This document shows, in pieces, positions 27,643-36,875 of a stretch of DNA of 64,000 nucleotides. The notes beneath the pieces were generated by a model. It had not been told where the DNA came from. It did no database searches and saw only the letters and a program-made list of their open reading frames with translations. Each line of letters begins with the position of its first letter. Positions within the stretch are counted from its first letter, which is position 1. This stretch comes from Planctomycetota bacterium (GTDB taxonomy: Bacteria > Planctomycetota > Planctomycetia > Pirellulales > PLA5): contig JAJDEG010000313.1 of NCBI GenBank assembly GCA_029259895.1, positions 360 to 64,359 of the forward strand. Reading direction: 5' to 3'. Position numbers and translations under genes: made by a program.

Positions 27643-28349
27643 TCCAGCGGCGAGCCTTTGCCCAGCCGCTCAAGGACACGAATCGCGGCGCGGGCGAGCA
27701 GCCGACTGCGCGGACCAAGCAAAACTTGCGCGCGGTATTGGGCCGAAAACCGCTTCTGCACCGGCACGCACTCGACCATCCGAAATCCGTCGTCGGCCAA
27801 CTCGCGGCGAATCTCGTCCGGGTCGTTGTAGAGTTTGTCGTAGATCGGATACCCGTCGGGATTGGCCTTGCGTAGCGGCTCCGACACCACCCGATTCACT
27901 GCGTCGAACACAAACATTGCGCCCGGCCGCAGCACGCGTCGAACTTCACCGTACAGCCGCCGACGGTCGTCGCGGTGAAAGTGGCGGACGAAACGAAAAC
28001 TGTACGCGAAATCAAACGCCTCGGCGTCAAACGGCAATTCGAAAGCGTTCCCTTGAACCCACCGAACCGCCGCAGGGCACGCCGTGCGGCCTTGCTCGAT
28101 CATTGCCTCGTTATATTCCAGGCAAGTCAGCTCGCCGGCCGGCCGAACATCGCGCGTCAACCGGCCAGGGCCAGGCGCGATCTCCAGCGACTGCCGCGGG
28201 CCGACGCGAGACATGACGCGATTCACCGCACCAACCTGCCGGTCGTGCAGCAAACGCATCAACTCGCTGACGAAGCGGTTTTCGATATACCGCTGCGCAA
28301 CGCCGCTATCGCGGTACGAGTCTTGAATTTCGTGTTCGGTGGCGAGCAT
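27615..28349 (-). CDS. class I SAM-dependent methyltransferase
   Basis: 244 aa with SLEIAPGPGRLT (motif I), CLEYNEAMIE and FDFAYSFRFVRHF. Confidence 0.8.
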   Translation of the reverse strand: MLATEHEIQDSYRDSGVAQRYIENRFVSELMRLLHDRQVGAVNRVMSRVGPRQSLEIAPGPGRLTRDVRPAGELTCLEYNEAMIEQGRTACPAAVRWVQGNAFELPFDAEAFDFAYSFRFVRHFHRDDRRRLYGEVRRVLRPGAMFVFDAVNRVVSEPLRKANPDGYPIYDKLYNDPDEIRRELADDGFRMVECVPVQKRFSAQYRAQVLLGPRSRLLARAAIRVLERLGKGSPLEWIVTCCRE

Positions 28350-28394
28350 GATTGGTACTGCCGAATTCGCGCTAATCTCAGGCCGTTCGCGATT

Positions 28395-29489
28395 CTAGCC
28401 GATCACCTTCTGGTAAATGTCCATAATCTTCGATGCGTGTCTTTCGGCGCTAAACATCTCGATGGCCCGTTTTCGTCCCGCGGCACCCATCTCGGCCCGC
28501 TGTTGCGGGTTTGCGAGTAGCTCACTGACGCGATCCGCGAGCAAATCGGGACGCCGAGGCGGCACCAGGTGGCCGGTCACGCCATCCGCCATGACTTCGG
28601 GAATTCCGCCAACCGACGTGGCAACCACCGGCAAACCGGAAGCCATCGCTTCGACAATGCAACGCCCGAACGATTCTTCGTGCGAGCTGCACACGAGCAC
28701 GTCAAGCGTGCATAGTATCTCGGGAATGTCGTTTCGATGTCCAAGGAATCTTACGCGATCTTCAATGCCAAGGCTCTTTGCCGCGGAAACAATTTTCCTT
28801 TCATAACCCGTTTCGTGAACGTCGCTGCCGACGCATACGAATTCAACGTCCCGATCATGTGACGTCACCGTCGCCGCCATTTGGAGAAAGTCATCGTACC
28901 CTTTGACGGGCGATAGGTTTGCGACGATGCCGACTCGCCGCCGTCGCGTCGTTCCGGCGGTCGCAGGATTGAAATCGTTGAGAGGAATGCCGTTGTACAC
29001 GACGCGCTGATCTGCTCGCGGACATTCCTTCGAAAACGTCGATTCCATCTGTGCCTTCAGCGCGTTGCTATTGAATACGACGGCTTGCGGCTTCGGCAAA
29101 CGCCGGAACACCCAGGAAACGAGCGAAGGACCAAGTGGGAAACGGCAATGCGCGATCCACGGAATGCCGAGCGCCCACGCCGCGACGCTGACCGCTCGCG
29201 AGTGCTCCGCCGCGTTTACGTGGATGATGTCCGGCTTAACGGAGCGAAGTACGCGGAGCCACGCGCTACCGGCGCGGACGCCACCAAAACGTCGCAATTG
29301 GGACAGCCAGTCGTATCGAAGGATCCAATGCGGTACACCCATGTCCGAGAACCGGTTTACGGCCACGCCAGCATCGGGAAAAGTTGCCGCCGCGCAAACG
29401 CCTTGAGAGCTTAGTCCGCGAATTAGAGTTGCGAGGCTAGCATTGCCGCCGCCATACGCGCCGCTCGCGGATACGTGTAATGTTCTCAA
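28395..29489 (-). CDS. glycosyltransferase family 4
   Basis: 364 aa with a GGGNASL N-terminal loop and ESFGRCIVEAMASGLPVVATSVGGIPEVM (E-x7-E). Confidence 0.9.
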   Translation of the reverse strand: MRTLHVSASGAYGGGNASLATLIRGLSSQGVCAAATFPDAGVAVNRFSDMGVPHWILRYDWLSQLRRFGGVRAGSAWLRVLRSVKPDIIHVNAAEHSRAVSVAAWALGIPWIAHCRFPLGPSLVSWVFRRLPKPQAVVFNSNALKAQMESTFSKECPRADQRVVYNGIPLNDFNPATAGTTRRRRVGIVANLSPVKGYDDFLQMAATVTSHDRDVEFVCVGSDVHETGYERKIVSAAKSLGIEDRVRFLGHRNDIPEILCTLDVLVCSSHEESFGRCIVEAMASGLPVVATSVGGIPEVMADGVTGHLVPPRRPDLLADRVSELLANPQQRAEMGAAGRKRAIEMFSAERHASKIMDIYQKVIG

Positions 29490-29521
29490 CGCGTGTTCCG
29501 TAAAAAAGTCTGGAACGCCAT

Positions 29522-30205
29522 TTACATTCGGTCCAGAAGCGCTTTTGCTCGCCGTCCGCCGTGCATTAACAGCGATTCCTTAAGGCTTTGCTTTATCGAG
29601 CGATAGGTCCACTTGTGTCGTACACCAACGATCCAGCAATTCAGCTTTGCGTATCCCTCTCCGGCAGTCGCCAAGTGCTTCTCGCGAATTACGAATCGTT
29701 TGTCAAAGCATTTCTCGGTAAGGTAACCTTTGTGTTCCTCCAAAGGGTTGTCGAGTATGGCGTCTTGATAGAGGTTTCTAAGCGGAACATTGACTATCAC
29801 GTGCCTAGCAAATCGAAGTGTGCGCCGAATGACGCGAAAGCACTGCCTGCGAGACACGTGTTCGAGGACGTCACCATAGATTGCCACATCGAACGGGGCA
29901 TTATTTTCGTCGACCCACGTTTCGATGAGGGAATGGACCACATTGTCGTAGATGCCGGAATCCCGCAACGGCGTAATTGCTCGCGGATAACCTTCGATCG
30001 CGGTTAGCTGGACATCGTCGCCCAATACGTCTCGACAAATCGTTCCCATTCGCCCAACCCCAGCGCCAAAGTCAACGACAGTACGAGGCCGTATCGCAAT
30101 CAATTCGCCGCGAACGTACGGGTCAAGTAGCGGTATGCTTGATCCACGATCTCGATCATCGTCGCATGCAGGACTTGCTGGTTGATCCGACGTCACTGTA
30201 TTCAT
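29522..30205 (-). CDS. class I SAM-dependent methyltransferase
   Basis: VVDFGAGVGRMG (motif I) and FDVAIYGDVLEHV. The start ATG overlaps the wzt stop (ATGA at 30202-30205). Low G+C. Confidence 0.7.
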   Translation of the reverse strand: MNTVTSDQPASPACDDDRDRGSSIPLLDPYVRGELIAIRPRTVVDFGAGVGRMGTICRDVLGDDVQLTAIEGYPRAITPLRDSGIYDNVVHSLIETWVDENNAPFDVAIYGDVLEHVSRRQCFRVIRRTLRFARHVIVNVPLRNLYQDAILDNPLEEHKGYLTEKCFDKRFVIREKHLATAGEGYAKLNCWIVGVRHKWTYRSIKQSLKESLLMHGGRRAKALLDRM

Positions 30206-31512
30206 GGAGTCCTCTCAGGAATTGCATCGGCAAAGCTCCACTGAGCTGGTATTGCCACAACGCCCTGGCGCGTTGACGGTAGTCGATTCGTACCAAGGTA
30301 ATTCGACTCGGTCATGCGGAGCGTAAGAATTCGCTCATGTGACTCTAGTATCCCCGCCGACGAGCCTACGAAAATGTCGACGTCATAATCTGTCGCCAAC
30401 AGCGGCAAGCTTGGAATGACGCAGTGCAAAGTGCCGCAGTCGTTCGAGACCTGAAGGCCCGAATTGACTAGCGTGTGGAGCATCATGAGTCGTTGTCGTT
30501 CGAGCGTCGAAATAAAAATCGCGATTGAAATGTCACGACGCCGAAGGGAGTTTTCAAAGTCGACCTCAAAATGAACCTCACTTCCGACCGGAAACGAAGT
30601 TCCCTGCTCTCGACGTTTGTTCGTAGTCCGAACGGACTTGATAAAGGTACCGGTATTTTCACGACCTTGCGGTTCGGGCACGAATTCACCGTCACGACCA
30701 TCGCTGGGAACGTCGAGCGATCGATAATGCCGGATCGCTGCCCCGACATCAGAAGCGAAAACAAGTTCGCCTCCTCTAAGTACAATCGCTCGTTCGCATA
30801 ACGCAGCTAACGCCTGAAGGTTGTGGCTCACAAACAGGATCGTCCGGCCGCCCTGGCTAATGGACCGCATCTTTCGTGTGCATTTCTGTTGGAACGCAAT
30901 GTCACCGACGGCCAAAACTTCGTCGACTATTAAGACTTCTGGTTCAAGATGAGCCGCGACGGCAAAAGCAAGTCGGACTTGCATGCCACTGGAATACCGC
31001 TTTACGGGCGTATCTACAAATTGCTCGACCTCGGAGAAGTCGACGATTTCGTCGAACTTGCGGTCGATCTCCTGGCGGCTCATGCCGAGGATCGCGCCGT
31101 TCATGTAGATGTTTTCTCGCCCGGTCAATTCCGGGTGGAAGCCGGTGCCGACTTCGAGGAGGCTGCCGACGCGGCCGTGGAGCGCGATGCGGCCGCTCGA
31201 TGGTTCCGTGATGCGGCTGAGGACTTTTAGCAGCGTCGACTTGCCCGCCCCGTTGCGGCCGATGATGCCGACCACTTCGCCGGGCTCGACGTCGAACGAG
31301 ACATCCTTGAGCGCCCAGAGGGTGTCCCCATTTCGCCCGTCGCCCGTATCGCCCTGGTAGTCGCTGTTGAAGGCCCGACGGGCGGCACCGTGGAGGCGGC
31401 GGAAAGGGGCAGCGGCGGCCTCGGTAAGCGATTCGCGCAGCGTGCGGTAACCGTCTTGGTGTGCGCCAAGTCGGTATTGCTTCGAGAGGTTTTCGACGCG
31501 GATGGCAGGCAT
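30202..31512 (-). CDS. wzt: polysaccharide ABC exporter ATP-binding protein Wzt/TagH type with C-terminal extension
   Basis: MPAIRVENLSKQY start at 31512. Walker A is GIIGRNGAGKSTLLK, the signature is YSSGMQVRLAFA, and Walker B is VLIVDEVLAVGD. About 190 extra C-terminal residues form a beta-rich, Wzt-C-like domain. Confidence 0.9.
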   Translation of the reverse strand: MPAIRVENLSKQYRLGAHQDGYRTLRESLTEAAAAPFRRLHGAARRAFNSDYQGDTGDGRNGDTLWALKDVSFDVEPGEVVGIIGRNGAGKSTLLKVLSRITEPSSGRIALHGRVGSLLEVGTGFHPELTGRENIYMNGAILGMSRQEIDRKFDEIVDFSEVEQFVDTPVKRYSSGMQVRLAFAVAAHLEPEVLIVDEVLAVGDIAFQQKCTRKMRSISQGGRTILFVSHNLQALAALCERAIVLRGGELVFASDVGAAIRHYRSLDVPSDGRDGEFVPEPQGRENTGTFIKSVRTTNKRREQGTSFPVGSEVHFEVDFENSLRRRDISIAIFISTLERQRLMMLHTLVNSGLQVSNDCGTLHCVIPSLPLLATDYDVDIFVGSSAGILESHERILTLRMTESNYLGTNRLPSTRQGVVAIPAQWSFADAIPERTP

Positions 31513-31537
31513 GTGAACGAGGTCTGAGGGTTCGGGG

Positions 31538-32857
31538 CTACACGGAGACGGCCGTGCCGTAATGCTGCTGGTTGGCCCAATCGTATTCGGGCGTGGCGCT
31601 TTCTTGTGCGGCGTAGGCAACTTCGTTGGCGGACGCTCGCGAAGCTAGTTTCAAGTGGCCCGCACCGACTAGAGCGACGTAATAGGGGAGTTCCAGCCCG
31701 ATGAGCGTGACGAATTGGGCCGCGACCATGAAGCCGACCAGCGCCGCGACGATCATGCGACAGTAATTGGCGGCGCCGGGGGCGTAAGCGTCCAACGTGC
31801 GGGCAAGTTGCCAGCAGCGGTACATGGCGGCGAGGTAAAACGTTAGCAGCATGCCGAGGCCGACAGCGCCGACTTCTGCGCCGGTCTGAAACCAGAGCGA
31901 GTGCGCTTCTTTGCCTTCTTGGTACACGCCAAACTCTTGGACGACGAGCGGGAAGTGCCTGGGCCCGACACCAAAGACCAGGTTGTCGGACATGAGGTCG
32001 ACGCAATTACTCCACAGTTCGACGCGGCTTTCGGCAGATGCGTCGCGCTCTTTCTCATCGGCGAACGTCGTGGAAAATTCTTCACGCACGGACGGCCCTG
32101 CCATCATCAGGCCAATGGCGAGGGCAAGTGCAAGGTATCCGTAATAGATCGGACGCTTCGGGATGAGAACGAACGAGACGACCCCGGTGATGATGAGCGC
32201 CACCATACCGCCGCGCGACATGGAGAACATAATGGCGTGGGCCATCACTCCGGCCAGCGCAAAAGCGATCCAGCGACGCCAGGTTTTCGTTTCGGCGAGG
32301 CCGAGAAAAAAGGCGAAGCCCATCGCGCACACCAGGGCGATGGCGACGCAGTTGTTGTCCATGCCGCCGAAGCCTTGGTCCATCAGCCAGTTGTTGCCCT
32401 CGAGATAGCTCACGTTCGCTTCGAAAGCGACGTAGCCTTGGCTGAGCATAATCGTCCAAGCGAGTTGTTTTACCTGGGCGATGGTGTCGATGATCGTGAT
32501 ACCGACGACGAAGGGGAGAACGATCTTGAAGAGCGCCTCGACGGCGGGCCAAGCAACTTCGCGGTCGGCGGCCAATGTGGCGCTCACCGCGCTCCATATT
32601 AGGAAACCGACGAGCGAGACGACGATTAGCTTGGCGCGGCCGAAGTCCCAGCGACCGAAGCCGGCGAAAGCCCAACCGACGAGCAAGGCGATGGCAATGA
32701 TGCGGCTGTAATTGCCGACGGGAACGGACCAGTGCCAGAGAGCATCGGGCTTGATGATGGCGAAGCAGACGTAGATCAGCAATCCGTAGAACGGATTGAG
32801 TACGGCGGCCAGGCTGCCACCGTAGGTGAGCGCGTAGGTAAAGATCAGGCCTTTCAC
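31538..32857 (-). CDS. O-antigen ligase / Wzy_C family membrane protein (exosortase-associated putative O-glycosylation ligase type)
   Basis: 439 aa and polytopic. The N-terminus MKGLIFTYALTYGGSLAAVLNPFYGLLIYVCFAIIKPDALW and a large loop with SMSRGG resemble the PEP_O_lig-type family, by recollection. Confidence 0.72.
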   Translation of the reverse strand: MKGLIFTYALTYGGSLAAVLNPFYGLLIYVCFAIIKPDALWHWSVPVGNYSRIIAIALLVGWAFAGFGRWDFGRAKLIVVSLVGFLIWSAVSATLAADREVAWPAVEALFKIVLPFVVGITIIDTIAQVKQLAWTIMLSQGYVAFEANVSYLEGNNWLMDQGFGGMDNNCVAIALVCAMGFAFFLGLAETKTWRRWIAFALAGVMAHAIMFSMSRGGMVALIITGVVSFVLIPKRPIYYGYLALALAIGLMMAGPSVREEFSTTFADEKERDASAESRVELWSNCVDLMSDNLVFGVGPRHFPLVVQEFGVYQEGKEAHSLWFQTGAEVGAVGLGMLLTFYLAAMYRCWQLARTLDAYAPGAANYCRMIVAALVGFMVAAQFVTLIGLELPYYVALVGAGHLKLASRASANEVAYAAQESATPEYDWANQQHYGTAVSV

Positions 32858-32900
32858 GTGCAGTCAGACTACGTCAATCGGATGATGTCGGCGAAAGTGG

Positions 32901-33821
32901 CTAAATGATGTCGGCGAAAGTGGCTTCGACGCGGCGGAAGTACAGGCAGCCGATCGCCAGCAATGCGACGGACACGGCCATCGACACGGAAAGCGAGTAT
33001 AGGTCGAGCGGTTGGTTGAGCGTTGCCGCACGGAAGTTGGAGATTAGGCCGAACGCCGGATTGAGCGGGAGTAGGGCGAGGGTTCGCTCGCCGAGGACAT
33101 TTTCCGGCTGCATGTAGATGCAAGGCGTGGCGAACATCCAAAGCTGAACGGCGAACGGAACGACGTAGCGAAAATCGCGGTAAGCGACGGTGAGCGCGGA
33201 GAGCATGACTCCGACGCCCAGCGTGGCGATGATGAGTCCCAGGGCGAGCAGCGGCGTGAGCAATATCGAAACGCCCGGCGCAACGCCGTAATACAACATC
33301 AATACAACGAGCATTCCAAAGGCGATCACCAAGTCGACCACGCCGGCACCGATGGCGCCCAAGGGAATGAACAGCCTGGGGAAGTATACCTTGGTAACGA
33401 GGTTCTGATTTCCGACGACGCTTCCTCCAGCCTGACTAATCGCGTTGGAGAAGAATGTCCAGGGAAGTAGGCCGGCGAAGGCGAACAGAGGATAGGGGAT
33501 TTCGGTGGAAATGCCGGCAAGGCGGCCAAAAAAGATCGTGAACACAACCATCGTGGCCAGCGGCTGGAGGATGGCCCACGCCGCACCCAACACGGTTTGC
33601 TTGTAGCGGACCTTTACGTCGCGCCAGATCAGGAAGTAGAGCAGTTCGCGATAGCGCCACAGCTCGGCGACGTCGACGAACTTCCAGCCCGGCCGACGCT
33701 CGATGATCGTGACGGGAAGTTCGGACGACGCGGCGGCCGCTTCGGGCGCGGACGTCAGTCCATCGCCCGGCTGGGGCGCTTCTTCGAGCGGGGTTTCCAC
33801 GGTTTCGGTCAATATGTCCAT
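32901..33821 (-). CDS. wzm: ABC-2 type polysaccharide exporter permease Wzm/TagG type
   Basis: 306 aa with ELWRYRELLYFLIWRDVKVRYKQTVLGAAWAILQP, the classic ABC-2 permease N-terminal motif, and six predicted helices. Confidence 0.85.
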   Translation of the reverse strand: MDILTETVETPLEEAPQPGDGLTSAPEAAAASSELPVTIIERRPGWKFVDVAELWRYRELLYFLIWRDVKVRYKQTVLGAAWAILQPLATMVVFTIFFGRLAGISTEIPYPLFAFAGLLPWTFFSNAISQAGGSVVGNQNLVTKVYFPRLFIPLGAIGAGVVDLVIAFGMLVVLMLYYGVAPGVSILLTPLLALGLIIATLGVGVMLSALTVAYRDFRYVVPFAVQLWMFATPCIYMQPENVLGERTLALLPLNPAFGLISNFRAATLNQPLDLYSLSVSMAVSVALLAIGCLYFRRVEATFADII

Positions 33822-33872
33822 CGTTGGCTGAGCGGGTGTAAATGCGCTTCGCGCGTGTGTGACTTCAGTGAG

Positions 33873-35285
33873 CTAGCTATCGCTGTACGCGACGGCGGGA
33901 CGGCACGGCGACTGGCCGGCAAGAGGCTCGCTCGTTTCGCCGCGCGTCAGAGTGGAAGCGAGGATTTCACCGAGAGGGGCGAGCCGTGCTTCCCAACGGT
34001 ATTGCCGCTCGACCAGCGATCGGGCACTTCGTCCGAGTTGTTGTCGCCGCTCGGGCGAATCGAGCAAGTCGACTAGGGAATCGACCCACTCTTGCGGACT
34101 CGACGCGCAGGAAACGTGTTCCCCGTGGCGTAGTTCCAATCCGGTGAGGGCCTGTGGCGACGCGACGACGGCTTTCGCCATTGCGGCGGCCTCCAAAACC
34201 TTGTTCTGAATTCCCCGAGCGATTCGCAACGGGGCCACGACGACCGCGGCCCGCGCCAAGTAGGGGCGGACATCCGGCACATCGGCCACGACCGAAACGC
34301 CGGGCAGCTTCGCCAGCGCAATCACCGACGCACCAGGGCGGCGACCGACCAATGTCATCCGCGCGTCCGGCAGCCGACGTCGCAACTGCGGCCAGACTTG
34401 ACGGCAAAACCATTCGACGCCGTCGACGTTTGCGCGATAATCGAGCGCTCCTACGAAAACGATCTCGTTTGAATTCACCGTTGCATCATCAGAATTCAGG
34501 CCCGCGTTGAAATAATCCAAGTCGACGCCGTTTTCGATAGACCGCACGGCCGCGTCGGGAGCGTTCGATCGCAACACGCTCGCTTCGTCCTCGCTTACTA
34601 CGGTAACGGCGGCGGCACGTTGGCAGATGCGTTGTTCCAGGCGTCGCATTCGGTTGCCTTCGAGGCTAAATAGCAATCGCTTGAGTCCGCGCGCGTTCGC
34701 CGCGTAGTCGTGCCATTTCTGGCTGTCGACGTCGACCAGGTCGACGATCGCGGGGACGTTCGTTAGCCCTGGGCTGTCGAGATACGGCGTCATGCTGGAG
34801 CAAAAGACGACGACCGATTCATATTGCTCAGCACGCGACCACGCGTCGATCGATTTGCGCAGGCGGCGAGACGCGAACAATCCTTCGGTGGCGGTCCGGC
34901 CGGCAAGCATCGAACGAGCCGCGTGAGCCCAGCGCAAGGGACCGCCAACCGGTTCGATCGCGACGCGGTGGCAGAGCGAACTGAGCTTGGCCGACGTTTC
35001 GCTGGCAACCGGTTCGTCGGCAAGGCACGCCAAGTCGAGGCGCGACCGCTTGGCGAGCCACTTGACCAACTGCCACGAGCGGACGCGGTCGCCGCGATTA
35101 GGCGGGAACGGCACGCGGTGGACGAGCAACAGTACTTTGGGCTTCTCGGACACTAGAAATGATGCGATAGAAGTGGTTGGCTTTTCGACCCGCGGACAAA
35201 TAAAAATGACGCTCGGCGGCGATCGGCGTCGGTGATCGGCGGCGTCGCAACCGCCGTGGCACGATCCTCTCGTGCTCGTTCTCAA
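33873..35285 (-). CDS. glycosyltransferase, PEP-CTERM/EpsH1-system-associated sugar transferase type
   Basis: KVLLLVHRVPFPPNRGDRVRSWQL is the hallmark N-terminus of that family (TIGR03087-like, by recollection). C-terminal half has RGIQNKVLEAAAMAKAVVASPQAL. The real start may be GTG at 35153 (VSEKPKVLLL). Confidence 0.8.
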   Translation of the reverse strand: MRTSTRGSCHGGCDAADHRRRSPPSVIFICPRVEKPTTSIASFLVSEKPKVLLLVHRVPFPPNRGDRVRSWQLVKWLAKRSRLDLACLADEPVASETSAKLSSLCHRVAIEPVGGPLRWAHAARSMLAGRTATEGLFASRRLRKSIDAWSRAEQYESVVVFCSSMTPYLDSPGLTNVPAIVDLVDVDSQKWHDYAANARGLKRLLFSLEGNRMRRLEQRICQRAAAVTVVSEDEASVLRSNAPDAAVRSIENGVDLDYFNAGLNSDDATVNSNEIVFVGALDYRANVDGVEWFCRQVWPQLRRRLPDARMTLVGRRPGASVIALAKLPGVSVVADVPDVRPYLARAAVVVAPLRIARGIQNKVLEAAAMAKAVVASPQALTGLELRHGEHVSCASSPQEWVDSLVDLLDSPERRQQLGRSARSLVERQYRWEARLAPLGEILASTLTRGETSEPLAGQSPCRPAVAYSDS

Positions 35286-35300
35286 CCGGCCTTGGTGCGG

Positions 35301-36143
35301 CTAACGAGGCCGCCTCGCCGCGGTCGCCAGAGCGCCGATCTGAGCGTGACCGTTGCCGTGGGCAAGTTCATGACTCGCGTCCACTGTATGAACGGTCTCG
35401 GAGGCCGCGCTTGCGGAGATTCTCGGAGTGGCGACTTCGCGACGCACTGCCAAGAGCCGCGAGGCTTGGTAGCCGGAGAAACCCACCGCGCGAAAACACG
35501 TGCAGAGCAGCAACCGGAGGTCGATAGAAAGCGTCGCGCTTTGGACGTACTCGAGATCGAGGACGAGCTTGCGGCGAACGCTGTCCAAGTCGGAGTCGGC
35601 GGGTAGATTGATCTGCGCCAGCCCAGTGATGCCGGGAAGAACCGCGAGCCGATGCATGTAGTTGGGTATTTCCTTCGCCAGCGAATGAGTGAATTCGGGG
35701 CGCTCGGGGCGCGGTCCGACGAGGGCCATGTCGCCGCGCAATACGTTCCAAAGTTGCGGCAACTCGTCGAGATGAGCCTTCCGTATGATCCGTCCGATGC
35801 GCGTCAGCCTAGGGTCGTCGGTAAGTGCCCAGATGGGACCGGTTTGGGCCTCCGCTTCTTGCACCATGGTTCGAAATTTGTACATCGTGAACAAACGCCC
35901 GTTGCGTCCAACGCGAACCTGGTGAAATATCGCCGGCCCGCGCGACGTGGAACGAACGATCACGATCAATACGACCATGATCGGCAACGTGGTGACCAGC
36001 AGCACGGAGGCCAATGCTCGTTCGACGATCGACTTCCAGCGGAAAAAGGAGCCGACGGGAACGTCGACCGCTTCGTCCGTGACGCGAACGTCTTGCGCGA
36101 TACGTTTCGTTGCTATGCGTTTCTCTTTAGTTGCCATTCTCAT
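35301..36143 (-). CDS. polyprenyl-phosphate glycosyl-1-phosphate transferase (bacterial sugar transferase, WbaP/EpsB C-terminal type)
   Basis: One N-terminal helix, then RGPAIFHQVRVGRNGRLFTMYKFRTM ... DELPQLWNVLRGDMALVGPRPERP. Confidence 0.9.
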   Translation of the reverse strand: MRMATKEKRIATKRIAQDVRVTDEAVDVPVGSFFRWKSIVERALASVLLVTTLPIMVVLIVIVRSTSRGPAIFHQVRVGRNGRLFTMYKFRTMVQEAEAQTGPIWALTDDPRLTRIGRIIRKAHLDELPQLWNVLRGDMALVGPRPERPEFTHSLAKEIPNYMHRLAVLPGITGLAQINLPADSDLDSVRRKLVLDLEYVQSATLSIDLRLLLCTCFRAVGFSGYQASRLLAVRREVATPRISASAASETVHTVDASHELAHGNGHAQIGALATAARRPR

Positions 36144-36202
36144 GAAAATTAGACCTCAGGCCGCAAAATCAATGTTTCCAAACCGCGGTCAAAAGCATTT
36201 GC

Positions 36203-36871
36203 TCATTCTCTTGTGGACGCAAGCACGTTTTGGATTTCCGGTACGAACACTTCCAAAAAATCTCGACATGGATCGGACTCTGGTGGCTGGGAATCGGGAA
36301 CGGCGCCCGCCACTTGAATCTTGTAGAGCCACGGCTCGCCGCTGAACTCAAAACGGGCCGACTCGGCGGCGATCCAGCCCTCTCCGGTACTCCACCCGTA
36401 ATAGACGCGAAGGTTTTCTTCGGCCAGCGATCTGCCTCGAAACTTCGACACCCAGAACTTATTGGGCACGTCGGACGCGGCGTTCAGCGTAGCGACTTCT
36501 TTACTTCCGACGATCTCGTAGTCGCGACTGGAATAGCAGATCTCTGGCGTATGGACCGCGATCGGACCTGCCGGGCCGAGCAACAGTGCGACGGTTACCG
36601 ACGCGCCCGTCTCGACGTTGATGTAACTTCGTTTGAGGGAACCGTCGCACCGGAGGATTTCCTGAACCTCGGCATCCAAATCGCCCGAGGAATCCATCTG
36701 CCAGGGGCCGATGCGCGCTGGCACGTCATCGAGTCGCTCGCCAAAGGCGACGACATCGGTGTGAGTACCCCAGCGCCGCGAAAGATGGCCGTGCAGCACT
36801 CCGGAGAGTACCGTGGCGACCAGAATCGCGACGACCGTTACGGGAATTCGTTGCTGTCGGAGGAAGTTCAT
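36203..36871 (-). CDS. epsI: EpsI-family exosortase-associated protein
   Basis: 222 aa with an N-terminal anchor helix, HTPEICY and YYGWS motifs, and the size typical of EpsI (DUF3485). Confidence 0.8.
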   Translation of the reverse strand: MNFLRQQRIPVTVVAILVATVLSGVLHGHLSRRWGTHTDVVAFGERLDDVPARIGPWQMDSSGDLDAEVQEILRCDGSLKRSYINVETGASVTVALLLGPAGPIAVHTPEICYSSRDYEIVGSKEVATLNAASDVPNKFWVSKFRGRSLAEENLRVYYGWSTGEGWIAAESARFEFSGEPWLYKIQVAGAVPDSQPPESDPCRDFLEVFVPEIQNVLASTRE

Positions 36872-36875
36872 GATT

